Positions 12,021-25,150 of a stretch of 64,000 nt of DNA are shown here, piece after piece; the stretch's first letter is position 1; each line of letters starts with the position of its first letter. Both the position numbers and the translations under genes were made by a program. Origin of the DNA: the human T2T-CHM13v2.0 reference genome, Homo sapiens. The DNA lies in NCBI RefSeq assembly GCF_009914755.1, contig NC_060936.1; one strand, written 5' to 3'. Under the pieces are notes generated by a model. The model was given only the letters and a program-made list of their open reading frames with translations. It was not told the DNA's origin and did not search any database.

Positions 12021-14837
12021 GTTACATTCCACTAAGATAAATGCAATTTGATATGATCTGTGTTATAGTAATAGATAGAGGTATGCTTTTTGATTATAGT
12101 TTTATAGGATAATGCTTCAAAATGAAATGAAAATTCTCTCCTCTGATTGTCAGGAGAAAAAATCGCTTTGTTGCACAGGGAATATTCAAAATGCTTCTAA
12201 AAGAAAAGTCAAATTTAGTTCAACAGAATTTTCTATAGTCTAGCCTTTCTCCTCATTAAAGTTAAGTTTCTCTCTAATACAAAGAGGTCTCGCAGAAACA
12301 GACTGGATTTTCTAGCACAGCAGTGCTCAACTGCGTTGTTAATTCAATTGACTCTTAATGAAAATACAAAGTCAAAACTTGAAACCAAGTATTTAGAATA
12401 TTATTATATTAGAATAATTTCATTTCTATCATATTAATTAAAAGGTATCTAAGTGTTCTGAGTAGCTAATTCTTTATATCCAAATTCTAATTATTAAACA
12501 TTGTAATGTCTTGTTCTTTGGATGGGTACCTAAGAAGTTCAGGGTGTAAGGGTGTCAAAACAGTAAATTTCTTAAATTTTACCTGTATGGTTCAACTTTA
12601 AAGAAAGACATCAAGTCTGGAAAGCAAAACAGTCCTTGAGTCGAGAAGCAAAAGTTCTGACCTTCCCTAGTTACTGTAAACATTTATTTTACCTGATAAG
12701 TGAAAGTGAAAAAGGGAGCTAATATAGCCAGAGCAGATTTTCCAGCATTGCTATCTGTCTCATCTTTCATGCCTACCCAGTATTGACAAATTCACTTTGA
12801 AATTTAGGTTTAGGTAGCAGAAAGCCTCACCTATCATTTACCCTTTGGTTGAGCAAGGGTCATGCAACTTCTAAAAGCCAAATCATCTTGTATCCAAGGA
12901 ACTTATTTAAATCTACATCCACCCTGTACCATAGATAAATGAATGTAGCTTTTACACTACAATCAGTCTAATATTACCTTTATATTAAATTATCTTAATT
13001 TCCCCAACAATGCCATTCTTGTCATATTTTGTCAGTGAGAGCGCTTGTTGGTCTATAGCATGAGTTCTCACAGAAATTAGCTTCCATAAAAGTATTCAGT
13101 CTGAGGTAGCTCTTAAAGAAGAAACCAACAATAACAGCAGAACTGTACTTGACTATTTCCTATTGCTAGTGCTAATATTTTGGCATTTCCTTTTTTCCTC
13201 TACTCAGATATAGCTTACAGATAATATCTAGGAAGAACTAGAAAAGTTAAGATAAATAACCAAATACTAAGGTCTTTTCCCATTTCTGAAAAGATTACAT
13301 GCTTGCTAATATAAGAATTAAAGCAGCCATTTGATGAGGTATAAAGGACTGGTCATAAGATTTGAATATGCGATTTTGTTTACAGACTTTCTAGCTCTGC
13401 TCTTAGAAGAAAACATAGTCATCTTAAACATAAATTGCCACATAAATTTTAGTTCATATTTTCCCAAAGAGTAGTTTCCAGAATGCACAGGGATATGTAG
13501 CATACATGATATTAACATAGTGAACTCTTTCTGCTCCACATTTTAATGCATGATACTTAATCTGTCATGAGTTCTGGATGCAGTAAGTTCCATTCATTAT
13601 AATAGATACTGGACCATTCCCAGAGGTACTTTTTTCTTCTTCTTAGAATAATTATTTTCACTTTCTTTAAACTAACTCACATAACTAAAAAACAGCTTCA
13701 ATAACCTTAAAGCACACTGTATAACATGTTTAAAGAAAACTCAAAAGTTGAGTCATTAAAGCTACATTTTTCAGATCTTAAATGTTGCTTATATACTTCT
13801 TAGGAGTACAAATGTAAATACTTTCAAGAAAATCCCAGAACGCTATCTAAATATAAATCGAAACTGGAGGATCTTGAACTATAAACTAAATGGCAATCTT
13901 TTATTAAAAACATACCCAAATTTCTTTACTTTGTCAAAACTAAAACTTTTTAGCCCGGTGTTCATGAATGTGATATATATCATCAATTCAAATATTCTTC
14001 CACTGAGTTACAAAACACTCTTAGTTTTACTATACCCTGGGCATTTAACTAAAACCATCCACATATGCTCTGTAAGATACTCAAAGTACAGGGATACTTA
14101 AATCCACTGGGAATTCTCCTCTGTCTGATTAATAAATTTGAGGAGAACACCTCTACTTTTAGATAATTGACTCTACTCCTTCAAAATCTAAAGCTATGCT
14201 TATATTCCATTCAATTCCCTAGTTTCTTTTAGTAACTTTGTTCTAAAAATACTCCTTAACTAAAATGGTCAAATTAAGAAGAAAAGGTAAGACACAACAT
14301 TTTTTCTTTTTCATTTGATAATGGTACAGCCCAAACTCTTAGCCATTCACATCTGCTGCACTGAAGTGATGTTCCTTCTTTGATTAGTCAAAAATTTTGT
14401 GGGGTTTTATTTGTTTTCAAGATAAACAAAAATCTTTAATAGTGTAATATTGAGAATGTATTTCTGAACTTTCATATTTTTTCCTAAGACAGATTATGTC
14501 AATTCTTCATTATAGTCCATGATCAACCTGGAGATATAAATAACTAAACACATTTTACCGGCTGTATTTGCAATGTTTCCCTTTCTTATTATTCACTGTC
14601 CTAATTTTATGTTAAACCTAAAATTATCTGTAAAAGAAAACTGCAATCAGGACCTGGGTAAATAATTTCAATGTTTGACATTATACTGAATTGATCATTT
14701 CTAAAATGAGGAAAAAAAGTTATCCAAGTAGTATTTTCAAACATTTTAATTTTTAATTAATAAACAAACAACACAATAAAAATAAGAAAGTAAGCATTAT
14801 TTTAACACTGCAAATATTCATGTAAAAACAGCTGTAC

Positions 14838-15029
14838 CTTAATTATTTATCCAGTCCTGTGCAGGCTTTCCTGACTTGTTTGGAATGGCAGACCCGTGTA
14901 ACAGCTTTGATTTATATGAAACTTTAGAGATCTAGACATTGATTTAAAGACCAGTGGGAGTGAACGAGACAAGCCAATCAACACCACCACCTCACCCCAA
15001 CACCTCCTTCTGTCCAACTTGCGTCAGCT
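14838..15029 (-). other. SLC38A4: SLC38A4 non-coding 5'UTR exon (192 nt)
   Basis: Strong acceptor CTTCTC(T)nCAAG|AGCTGACG and donor AAG|GTACAG, in unique sequence between the promoter and the coding exon. Confidence 0.85.
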
Positions 15030-18000
15030 CTTGAAAAAAAAAAAAAGAGAAGCTAAGTCAGTTTACTGTTGTACATTTGGATTAAACATCAGTTACACCG
15101 ATTTCTATTTGCTTTTAGAATTTTGGCTTTCATACAATAAAATAATCACTGAAAGTTTTAGCTTGGTTGGTGTCATTCTCTATTAAGATTTTACTAGGTT
15201 GGTTGACTGATGAATCCAGAAATATTCCGTTTTCAAAAGACTTATGAATTGAAGTCAAAGCAAAACAATACAGTAACAATAGTTATGAGGTCAGATTGTT
15301 TAATGAAACATAATCGAAATCTCCAGAAAATATTGATTACATAGTGAAAGAGTTATTTTCTTTTGAGTTGTTGATCTTTTCAGAGAAAATTTTACAGAAT
15401 GACAAATACTTCCAAACGGTACAGTTACTCAAGATGCCATGAAGTTGGAAATCACAGGCCAATATCAGCCACCACTCCTACACCAACGGCAGTGTGCTGA
15501 GTAGGCAAAAGGCTGTTTGGCATTTTAAAAGAATTTTTAAGTAGGTATTTTCTGCATTAAAAAAAAAATCTACTTGGCTCTCAACATGTCAGAGGTAGGG
15601 TTTTTAACTCTGCCATATTTTATATGTTGGCAAATCATTTATTTATTCTGCTATTAAAATGTATCAACTAGAAACTATTCTGAAAGTGAGGAAAGAAAAA
15701 CAAATCACAAATGAATCAAGAATTGAGGGTTCTTTGCCTTTTAAGTATTTATGACATGAATGAACAATCTAATAACCAATCAGAAGCAATGCTAGATTAC
15801 AACAGATGTGTCAATTCCTATTTCTATAAAAGAAAACTAAACATTGCTCCTCGAGTAAGATATTCTTAAGTCGATGCAAGACATTAAACATTAAACAAAA
15901 TGTGTAGTTAACAATTTTTTTTCCTTTCCAAATGTGCCCGTTTGGTCTATTAACTGTATAGTATTGCAAACTTACTTTTACTTGTCTCTTAGCTCATTGT
16001 CTATTTTTTAGAGTTACCCCATAGTTTTGTCTTTTATCAGACGAGAAGTATTGTGGTCTAGGGGAACAATGATAATAACAAATGTACTAATTTTAACGGT
16101 AGGGAAATCTCAAAAAAATTCCTTTTAAAATTTCTATTTCCATCATTTAATAGTGATGTTCCCAATTTAAGATTTCTTTCTGTTTGCAAAGTTACCAGAT
16201 AAATAAAAGATTAACCATGCAAAAATTGCAATAATTGTTAGAAAATCAAATCTATTCTTGTAAAATTTCATTTAATAGTGGGTCAATTAAACAAGAATGA
16301 ATGCACTCCAATATGTTAATTTGATATTAAATTATAATATCATTTAAAATAGGGTGGAGATAAATGTATAGATCGTTAAAGTTTTACTCTTCCTAAAATT
16401 GTAAGCTTTGGCTTTGTTGTAATTCTGATCTTCAAGTATAGTAAATAATTATAGTAAATTAGCATTGGATAAAAATTAAAAGCACACACAAGAGACTTCT
16501 ATTGAAGAGTTTAATCATGTTTCTTTTAAACCTACTCTACATAGCAAAATTCTTATTACAAAACTTTTCTAACACTGACTTAAAAATCAGATATATACAC
16601 ATGAAAACTAATTTGGCAAAAGTTAATAAATTAAAACAATTAAGTATCTGGTTCATCATTTGACTATTTTTTTCCCTAGATCATTTGACATTTTCAGATG
16701 TGGCCAAAATTAGTGAAGAAATATATGGTCTGCTCTCAACAAAACTCACGATAACTTTTCTTTCATAAGCAAAACACAGACTTAATCATTATAATTATAA
16801 TTTAATGTTCTGAATATTTATTAAAATCATACCACAATGTAATCTCATGCGCATTTGCTAATAGACTTGTGCTGTTTTGAATTTTAATGCATGGCACATG
16901 CAACATTCAGTTAGGCTCATGCTTGTTTCATGTACCATAGTAGAAAGAGCTAATCATCAGAATATGGGCAGACCTTAAAAATGAATAAAATGAAAAATAC
17001 GTAAGTAGTGAATAATGAAGCAAGTCTGGGAATGAGATGACAAACACTTTAACTTGACCTTCACATAAGAAATTAAAATATGTGCCACCATGAATAGATA
17101 TATGAGATTTGGTCTGTGTGTCTATAGGGGTAGGGGCTGGGGGTAAGATACATCCACATAAAGGGAGACTTGGCTTCCCAGACTAGAACCTACTTAGTGT
17201 CAGCAGAACTGCACAGCATGCTCCAGGACTCCAGGAAATAAGGAGTCCCTAGGGACTGAGGACATTCAAGATTTCAGAGAGCCCACAGACCTTGAGCCGG
17301 CTATTAAAAGTCCATGTGAGATTCTAGTAGGTGGAGAGGAAAAGGAAAGACATCCTAGATGAAAAATACCCTTGTAATTCTGATCTTCAAGTATACTAAA
17401 TAGTTACAGTAAATTAGCATGTTGGATTAAAATTAAAAGCTAAAAATTAAAATGCCAGAAGTATATTCTGGCAACAGTGAGAATCATTCTGGCTCCAGTA
17501 GAGACCTTCTGGAGCAGAATAGGAGAACAGAATGGAATAGTACAGACTGCAAAAGGTGTTAAGTCTAGGGAACTCAGATTTTTAGTGATGAAGATCTTTT
17601 GAAAACTTCTGAAGAAAGTAAGAAAATCAGCATAGTAAAAATGTAGGAGAGATGATGGTGTGGAGGTGGTGGTGGAGGTGGAGGTGGGTACAAGGAGGCC
17701 AGTAGGAAGGTTGACTGATAGTTTGGGTTTGGTGATGTTTGCCTATCTGAGAATAATGGCAGAAGGAAAGGTAGATGGACAAAATTTAAATTGGAACCAA
17801 TGGTAATTTGACTCTTTCTCTTGTATTCCTATTTCTTTTTATCACTTTCACTAGCTCACAATGCTATGAATTTTAAGTGATCATTTTATGAAAAACAAGA
17901 ACTAGCAATAAAATCTTCATTTTCCTTACATAGAGAAAGAGAACGTATGGTGATAATTCATCCATTTCAACACCCGTTTCATCAATCTATGACTATCACC

Positions 18001-21000
18001 TTCAAATAGTGTAGAGAAGGTCTTAGAATGTACATCCCAATGTAATGTTATCTATTGAAAATACAAGAATGTTGGCTCAAAATACAGTGATTCAGATTAT
18101 ACCTGTACATTGAATAAGAAATTTTCTTATACATATTTAAAATCATTGATTATATGGTTTAAAATTTCTACCTCCAACAATGACCTTAAAGAGAAAGTTC
18201 CAGCGGGATCAAGTTAAAATTAGTCAACAATTAAAAAAAAAAATCTTAGACCATCATGGTATTTTGCAACGACAGTGGGAGAGATAAACTGTTGTTCTCG
18301 TCATGACTATACCTAAATTTCTAATTTTAGTCATAGGACGAAATAATATTTGAAAATAAAATTTGGTTGTAGCCAAATTGGAAGAAGACATTTAGAAACA
18401 GTAATGACTAAGAAACAAATTATGTATTTTTTAATACTTTTGTAATGCCTTTGTTTCTGTAGTCATTGCTTTTCTTTGCTCTCACTTCAATTTCCCTTTA
18501 GGTCATCTCCCTTTTTTCTTGCTTCCATTTCTTTTTAACTTTTCTATACAACATTGTATTTATGATGCCTTATTCTCCAAGAAGTTACCTTTTACCGTAG
18601 ATTCATAAACTCAAGATCTAATTGATTTTTTTAATCACATCATAGGTAAATGTCTATCTGACCTCCCAGGTCTTTCCTAAAAAGTGGAAAATACTAGCAG
18701 GACTGCAGAAAGAAACAATATTTTGATTACTTCTCTTTAATATGGATTTGCTGTCTGCCTTTTCGTTTTCAGACTTACAGTGTTAAAGAGAATTTGTGAT
18801 CTTTTTTGATGTCATTGTTTTGGCACTTCAAATTCTTCATTTTATTTCTCTTTTAATATAGATACTTGCAAAAAAAGAAAAATAGAGAAAATCCATAGAA
18901 AAATGTTACAGAAATCTTCCTAAATTATTCAAATAGCAGAATTCTCTGCCATGATAAAGGGGAGTCAAGCACTTCTATACCTGAGCTGTCATATTATTTG
19001 TATCACTTGTAAAGTAATGAAAACTTAGGTACACTATAGGCATCTCTTTACATGGTTCTGTAATTATTAACCTCAACTTACAAAATAAAAAATTGGAAAG
19101 AAAAGAAGAGATAATTAAATGTTACCCCCCCCCCAAAGCCACATATAAAATTAATTGCAAACAAAGAAGTAAAGATCAATAATTTTCTAATTTGCTTTGG
19201 CAAAGCCTCTCAGATTTCCGTGGAAGCTTGAGCCACTTCTATTTTTTTAAGACACCAAATATACGTATATATCTTTGCATTGTTTTAATCCAAAATGGGA
19301 TTACTAAAATGTAGTGCATTTTAAACATTTCTATTTAACAAAACAACATCTTAACACACATACAATACAAATGACTACATGATTAGGATCATTTGATGAT
19401 ACCTTCAAAAAATCTAAATTTGAGACCCTCCCAAATATGAAGCCCCAAAGAGCTTTCAGCCCAGGCCCCTGGGAGAGGCTCTGATTTTCCATTCTAAGAA
19501 ACCCCACCAAGTGAAATGCAATGACCCACAAGTTTTGAGGAAATTGCTTAGCTGATCGCACGCCCCTCTCTTCAACCCAACCTAAACCACCTTTTCAGTT
19601 ATATAATGGAGCATTCTGGAAATGTTTGAATAGTCAACTACTATGTTGCAAAATTAGCAAACAAGTTTGGTTCAGGTTGACAAATTTATTGACTTTGCCA
19701 CAGACCTAAATAGAAAATTGCTTTTAGCCTCAGCTGACAAAACAAGAAAATTAAATTAAAAAAAAAAATCTGGTTAGACAACAGCCCATGATGTCTATAT
19801 TTTGCCTCTGCCTTTCACCTTTGAAAAAGATCCTTCTGGTCCACTTCATTTATTGATCCCACACTGAAATGATGCAATGAAAAGTATCACAAGTTCATTT
19901 CAGGCTTCCACCTAAGCAGAAATGTAATGTAACAAGGTCTATAGGACTTATGGGTGATTACAACTTAAATAATGTACTGAAATTCTAAATGTTAAATTAG
20001 AACTTTTAGAAGCTTGCTTTAAAGAATAATTTCTAGCCTTTAAAATGCCTGCTTCAGAAAACAGCACTGCTAAGAGATGTATAATTATAATAAGTATAAC
20101 AATACTTCCTGAAAACTGACTCACCTTGTTAACGTAAGTTCTTCATACAGAATACATATTATGGCAGTGCTGGGCTGGGTTGACTCTCTAGTTCATAGCA
20201 ATTGATAGTTTAAAAAATTACATTCTTCTTAGATCACAGCATATTAATTTCCATGACTCTCTTTCATACTCCTGCCTGTCCCTACCAGAACAATTTTGAT
20301 GCATTTTGATTTTGTAATTTCATTAGTGATTGGACTTTGTAAACCTGTTATCATCTTGCTTAAATTTGGACTTTCGGTAGTTTAAGCTGTGACCCAATAT
20401 GCTGTGTGGATAGACTTTAAAAGCAAGGGGGCCCTCCTAAATGGTGATAATGCTAACATATGCTTCAAAGAATCAGGATCCCTACTAACTAAAGATATGT
20501 TCAGGCTGGCCTTTTTACTATCCTATCCAGAATGTTAGAAATAAGAAATGCATGTTCACTAGAAAATGTCTTTCAAAGGAATCTGAGCAGAGAGAGAGAA
20601 ATAATAGTGTCATCGACATTTCCTCATTCACTTTTTAATGAACTCGGGAGGATTTCCGAGTCAGGTCTCCTCAGTAGAGAAGAGGGCAGGCTTCTGCCTG
20701 AAAAGCTTATTTCTGCTGCTGGACTCCAAGCAACTCCCAGGTGGGGCCATGGTGTAGTCAGAGCCCTTCACAGGGACACTTGTTGCCTAATGCACCCATT
20801 CTTCACCACAAGAGTTTGCAGTGCCCAGCATGGGACATTAACTGAGCTTTTTGTACTTTATGGTTGCTTTAGTTAGGAATTATAATTCTTGGAAGGCTGG
20901 GTATAAAATTGGTAGCACCAGTCTTTCTTTAAATATAGGAAAAATAAATTCGGAATAGAATGCAATTTCTATTCAGAAAAGTAAATGTTTTGACTTCATT

Positions 21001-21540
21001 TGGTGGGACAGCAGCAGAGGGCAGACTTTGGACAGATGGTATATTTAGGTCTGGGGATGGATTCAAGTATGTTTAGATGGCCGATTTGCAGTAATTATAA
21101 GTATTCTCCTTTTTTGTTTACCTTGATTAATATTAGACTATGCCTCGTGCATAATAGGTACTATATAAACACTGAATGAATGAAAATCTTTATTTAAGGC
21201 ACTGATTCAATTTGTGCATTCAAAATCTTTCTTTAAAACTTATTTGTGTATGAGGTTGCAGCAAGAGACATTCTAATAATTATCAGTTGATGGGTCCTGC
21301 TATATATTAAAATGTTCCTTCTTATCCTCAGAGCCAATTGTGAAATGGTAAATATTCATGCTATATGCAAGGACCCATTAGTTGCTTTAGAGAGAGCTAC
21401 CTTACTTCAGTATTAAGCAGTAATTACAAATGCTGTGTTCAAGAAAATAAGGACATAGGGCAATTATAATTAAAATAAGTTATAAATGGTGAAATAGAAA
21501 ATCTAATAATAATAAGGTCCCTATGTTGTTTCAAAGATTA

Positions 21541-21808
21541 TGTTGTTCTCACTCATAAGTGGGAGTTGAACAATGAGAAGACATGGGCATAGGGAGGGGA
21601 ACATCACACACCGGGGCTGTCGGTGGGTAGGGGGCTAGGGGAGGGATAATTACATTAGAAGAAATACCTAATGTAGGTGACAGGTTGATGGGTGCAGCAA
21701 ACCACCATGGCATGTGTATACCTATGTAACAAAACTGCACATTCTCCACATGTACCCCAGAACTTACAGTATAATATAAAAAATAAATAAATAAAATAAA
21801 ATAAAAAT
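21541..21808 (+). mobile_element. 5'-truncated L1PA 3' end
   Basis: GTTCTCACTCATAAGTGGGAGTTGAACAATGAGA, a G-rich tract, TGTACCCCAGAACTTA and an (AAAT)n tail. Confidence 0.93.
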
Positions 21809-22344
21809 TATATACATAACATATAAAAATATATGCAAAGAGAAATCATGTATATCAAAATGTTAATCGTGGTTATTTCCAGAATGTGGAAATGTAGATA
21901 GTGTCTATTTTATTTAATTTATATTTGCCGGCTAACCTTTAAAAAATACAGATTACTTTTATTATCAAAAAAGAATAAACATAATTAGAAACAAAAGCAA
22001 CAAAACAAAGAGTTCCTATCTTAGGTTTTTCAACAATTGTTAGTCAAATCCTGGGCATTAGCCACTAGCTAAATCTCTAGTTTGGGGTACTTAACCAGCA
22101 AACAATCAACTCCCTTAAAAAATCTTTGATTCTGAATGGGCATTTATGAGCTATTTAGAATCTAGATAAAATTATACATCTCCAGTTTGTTCTGAAAGAA
22201 TAGGAAAAAAATGATTGTTTTTTCCCCATCTGCAAGAGATATTCTAAATAGATCTCAAAATATTGTTGAGAAAAATGGGCATATAATATTTTTTACAATG
22301 TTGTGAGATAATCAGTTTCTATTATGGCAGAATAAAGAATCATC

Positions 22345-22790
22345 TCATTCATTCAACAAACATTACTGAACACCTACATGTGCCAGATTTTATGCTAGGG
22401 GCTAAGGCAAAGAGACAATTAAAAAATAAAAGACCCAATCTCTCCTCTCAAGACCTAGTCTTTCAAGTGAATTCATTGCTTATGTAGGTCATGATGATGT
22501 AACAGGATGCACAAAATGCCCATGACATCTGAGGGGCAGGAGAAGTGTGGCACCCAACTCAACTTGAAAGGGGCAGAGAAGCTACTGGAGGAAGTAACAG
22601 CTGGGCTAAATCTGAAAGAACAAATAGAAGTTGGCAGGAGAAATGCGATGGGGAGCAGACTGCAGGCAGAGCAGATGGCACAAGCAAAGGCAAGGAGGCA
22701 AGAAGCAGTTACTGGCAGCTGGGTGTTTCTGAAAGAATAGAAAACACCACTGGAAAGGTCAGTGCAGGGATCACAGAGGGCTGAGGATAC
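22345..22790 (-). mobile_element. L2 LINE 3' fragment
   Basis: CATTCATTCAACAAACATTACTGAACACCTACATGTGCCAG is the reverse of the L2 3' terminus. Confidence 0.8.
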
Positions 22791-24899
22791 CATGTCTTTT
22801 CTTTGTTATGTTTAATTCATATGAGTTCATTAAAAAAGTCCAGCTCAGCAGTTCCACATAGAGCTTGAGATTTCAGATACATGAAGAAAATGTGTTTTGT
22901 TAGAAATTGTGATAATAAAGGTTACTGCAAACAGTAAAAACCACCTGGGTAGCATGAGGCAATCCTTCTTACATTGCATCCCTCGAGAGAGTGTTTATGT
23001 GGACCTGGTCCTCTGCTTTGTGTTTGGACCATCAGGATTATTGTATTAGGCTAAGAACAGAAAAGCTTAGGTTCATGAAGTATTTTGCTTCAAATGATGT
23101 AAACTATGTCAAAAAAAAAGCTAATTGCAAGTCTTACAGGAGTTGAATATTTAACTATAGAAATCCTGACTCTTCCTTCCTAGATATTTGAAGTTGATTT
23201 TTTAAGTTAGACTCTGAATTTCAACATATTTCAACTTGTCTTAATTATTTTAAAATCCACCTAAGTGAAGATCAATGCTTAAGTTAATTATATATGAGCA
23301 ATTTTCCAGTAATATTAATTAATATCTTAATTTGCAAGCATTTATATTCCTTAATTATTTCTTAATAGGGTCTAGTATAGTGTTACAAGTAACAGTTGAA
23401 AGACTGATATGTGCTTATTTGGATGGGTAATCTGATTTTTACATGTGAATAAGATAATCATATTGACTTAAATAGTTTTGCTTGCATCTTTTCTTTCTCT
23501 TTAAATTAAAGGCTGATGGCATTTCCTTTGATGTTTGCTTAAGACTTTTAGCATTAGCTTTTTCTGAGGAATCCTGAGAGGAGCTTCACTGTTTTTGTCT
23601 TGAAACTGTCTGTTCATCCCTTTTTATCTACATGAGAAGTCTTCTGACACCCTATTGATCTGAATGTCTGAACATGTTCTCTTCTGTTATGCTAACACTC
23701 AGTGCTGGACTTTGATTCAGAAGATCTGGGTTCTAATTCTGACTCCATAAATTACTAGCTGTGCTATCAACAACTTGGCAAACTGTATGAGCTTTTTTCT
23801 CATTTATAAAATAGTATATAGTTCCTAGGGTGACAATAGAACTATTGGTGGCAGCAGAAAAAATGTACACATTCTTTTATTTTAGTAAATTAAAGCAAGG
23901 AATTTTACAAACCTAAAATAAACTATAAACATGACTGGAGTTCAAACTAGCCAAATTTCTTTCTCCCTGTGGAACTCTTTTTTGCCATTGTTTGGATTAA
24001 AAACCTTAACAATGTCAATAAGTAGTAATTACACTTAAAAAGGGGTCAGAGAAATATCAAAGTGGTCATCCAAAAGAAATGTTGGGCATAAAATTCTGAC
24101 ATGTCGATATGAAATCTCAATTCTGAATGTTTCAATTTCACTAATTCTCCTCAGCAAAATTTTCACTAAATGTGAATTGGAATGAGCTGTCTTTAGTATT
24201 TTTTTAATTCCCTTTCCTGTTTTTAATCAATTAGTCAATTAACCAATTATTCCATCAGTGAGTAATCTTTGAATATCTATTATGCACCCAGAATGGTTGA
24301 CATCAGTGTCTCTATGTCTTTTGGCTTTCCTTCTGCTTCCTCACATTGGCCCTGTTTTATTCTGACTGACCATAAGCCTTAAGATAACCTGGGAGAGTTA
24401 CAGCTGAACTGATATTCACAAGAGTTCTGTTGACATATACATATGTACATTAATTTATTAATTATATGTTATATAAACAAAGAGATCTGCATACCTATAT
24501 CTATCTCTGTATTTATATTTATTACAAAGCACAGTCCTTTATTTTCTGTTCAAATGAGCTCAGCTTTCATCCTGTGTTCAGATGCTATGTTCCTCTAAGT
24601 TCGTTATTGTTTTCTCGCTGTAAATCCGAACTCTTTTTCTCAAATATGGATCTGCCCAGTGAAATGGAGAACACATTGACTCTGGAGTTCAAACTCAAGG
24701 ATTCGGATCCAATCCCCACTCTGCTGCCTAGGAGCTGAGAGACCTTAGATAAGTCAAGTTAACCCCTTCCTCCTTCGTGCTGTCTGTGCCTCTTGCAAGC
24801 CTCACTGTTGAGCTTAAGGGTTGCACTGTAACATATTTGTTTACATGCCTGCCCTTCTAGACTCTGAAGTCTTCAAACACAGATACTGTGTCTTATTCA

Positions 24900-25150
24900 G
24901 CACAGCACAGAGTCAAATAGTAGATTCTGGAGCTCCACTGCCTAGACTTAAATCCGACTTCTGTCTTTTATCCTGTCTGACTTTGGGCAAGTTATTTGCC
25001 ATTTCTGTGCCTCAGTTTCCGCATCTACAAGAAGGAGATAATAATAGTGCCTACCTCACAGTGCTGTTATGAGGATTAAGTAAGTTAATATTTGTAGAGC
25101 ATTGAGAAGAGCATCTGGCACATAGTGAACATTTGTGAGCATTTGTTATA
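24900..25150 (+). mobile_element. MIR SINE (near full length)
   Basis: GACTTTGGGCAAGTTATTT...CTGTGCCTCAGTTTCCGCATCT...GTGCCTACCTCACAG...GAGGATTAAGTAAGTTAAT. Confidence 0.88.

Noticed and set aside
21625-21645. G-quadruplex motif GGGTAGGGGGCTAGGGGAGGG
   Set aside because: This is the standard G-rich tract of L1PA 3'UTRs; not locus-specific.
23706-23714. HNF4 motif TGGACTTTG
   Set aside because: It lies in a MIR-like head where similar sequence is consensus-derived, and it is isolated.
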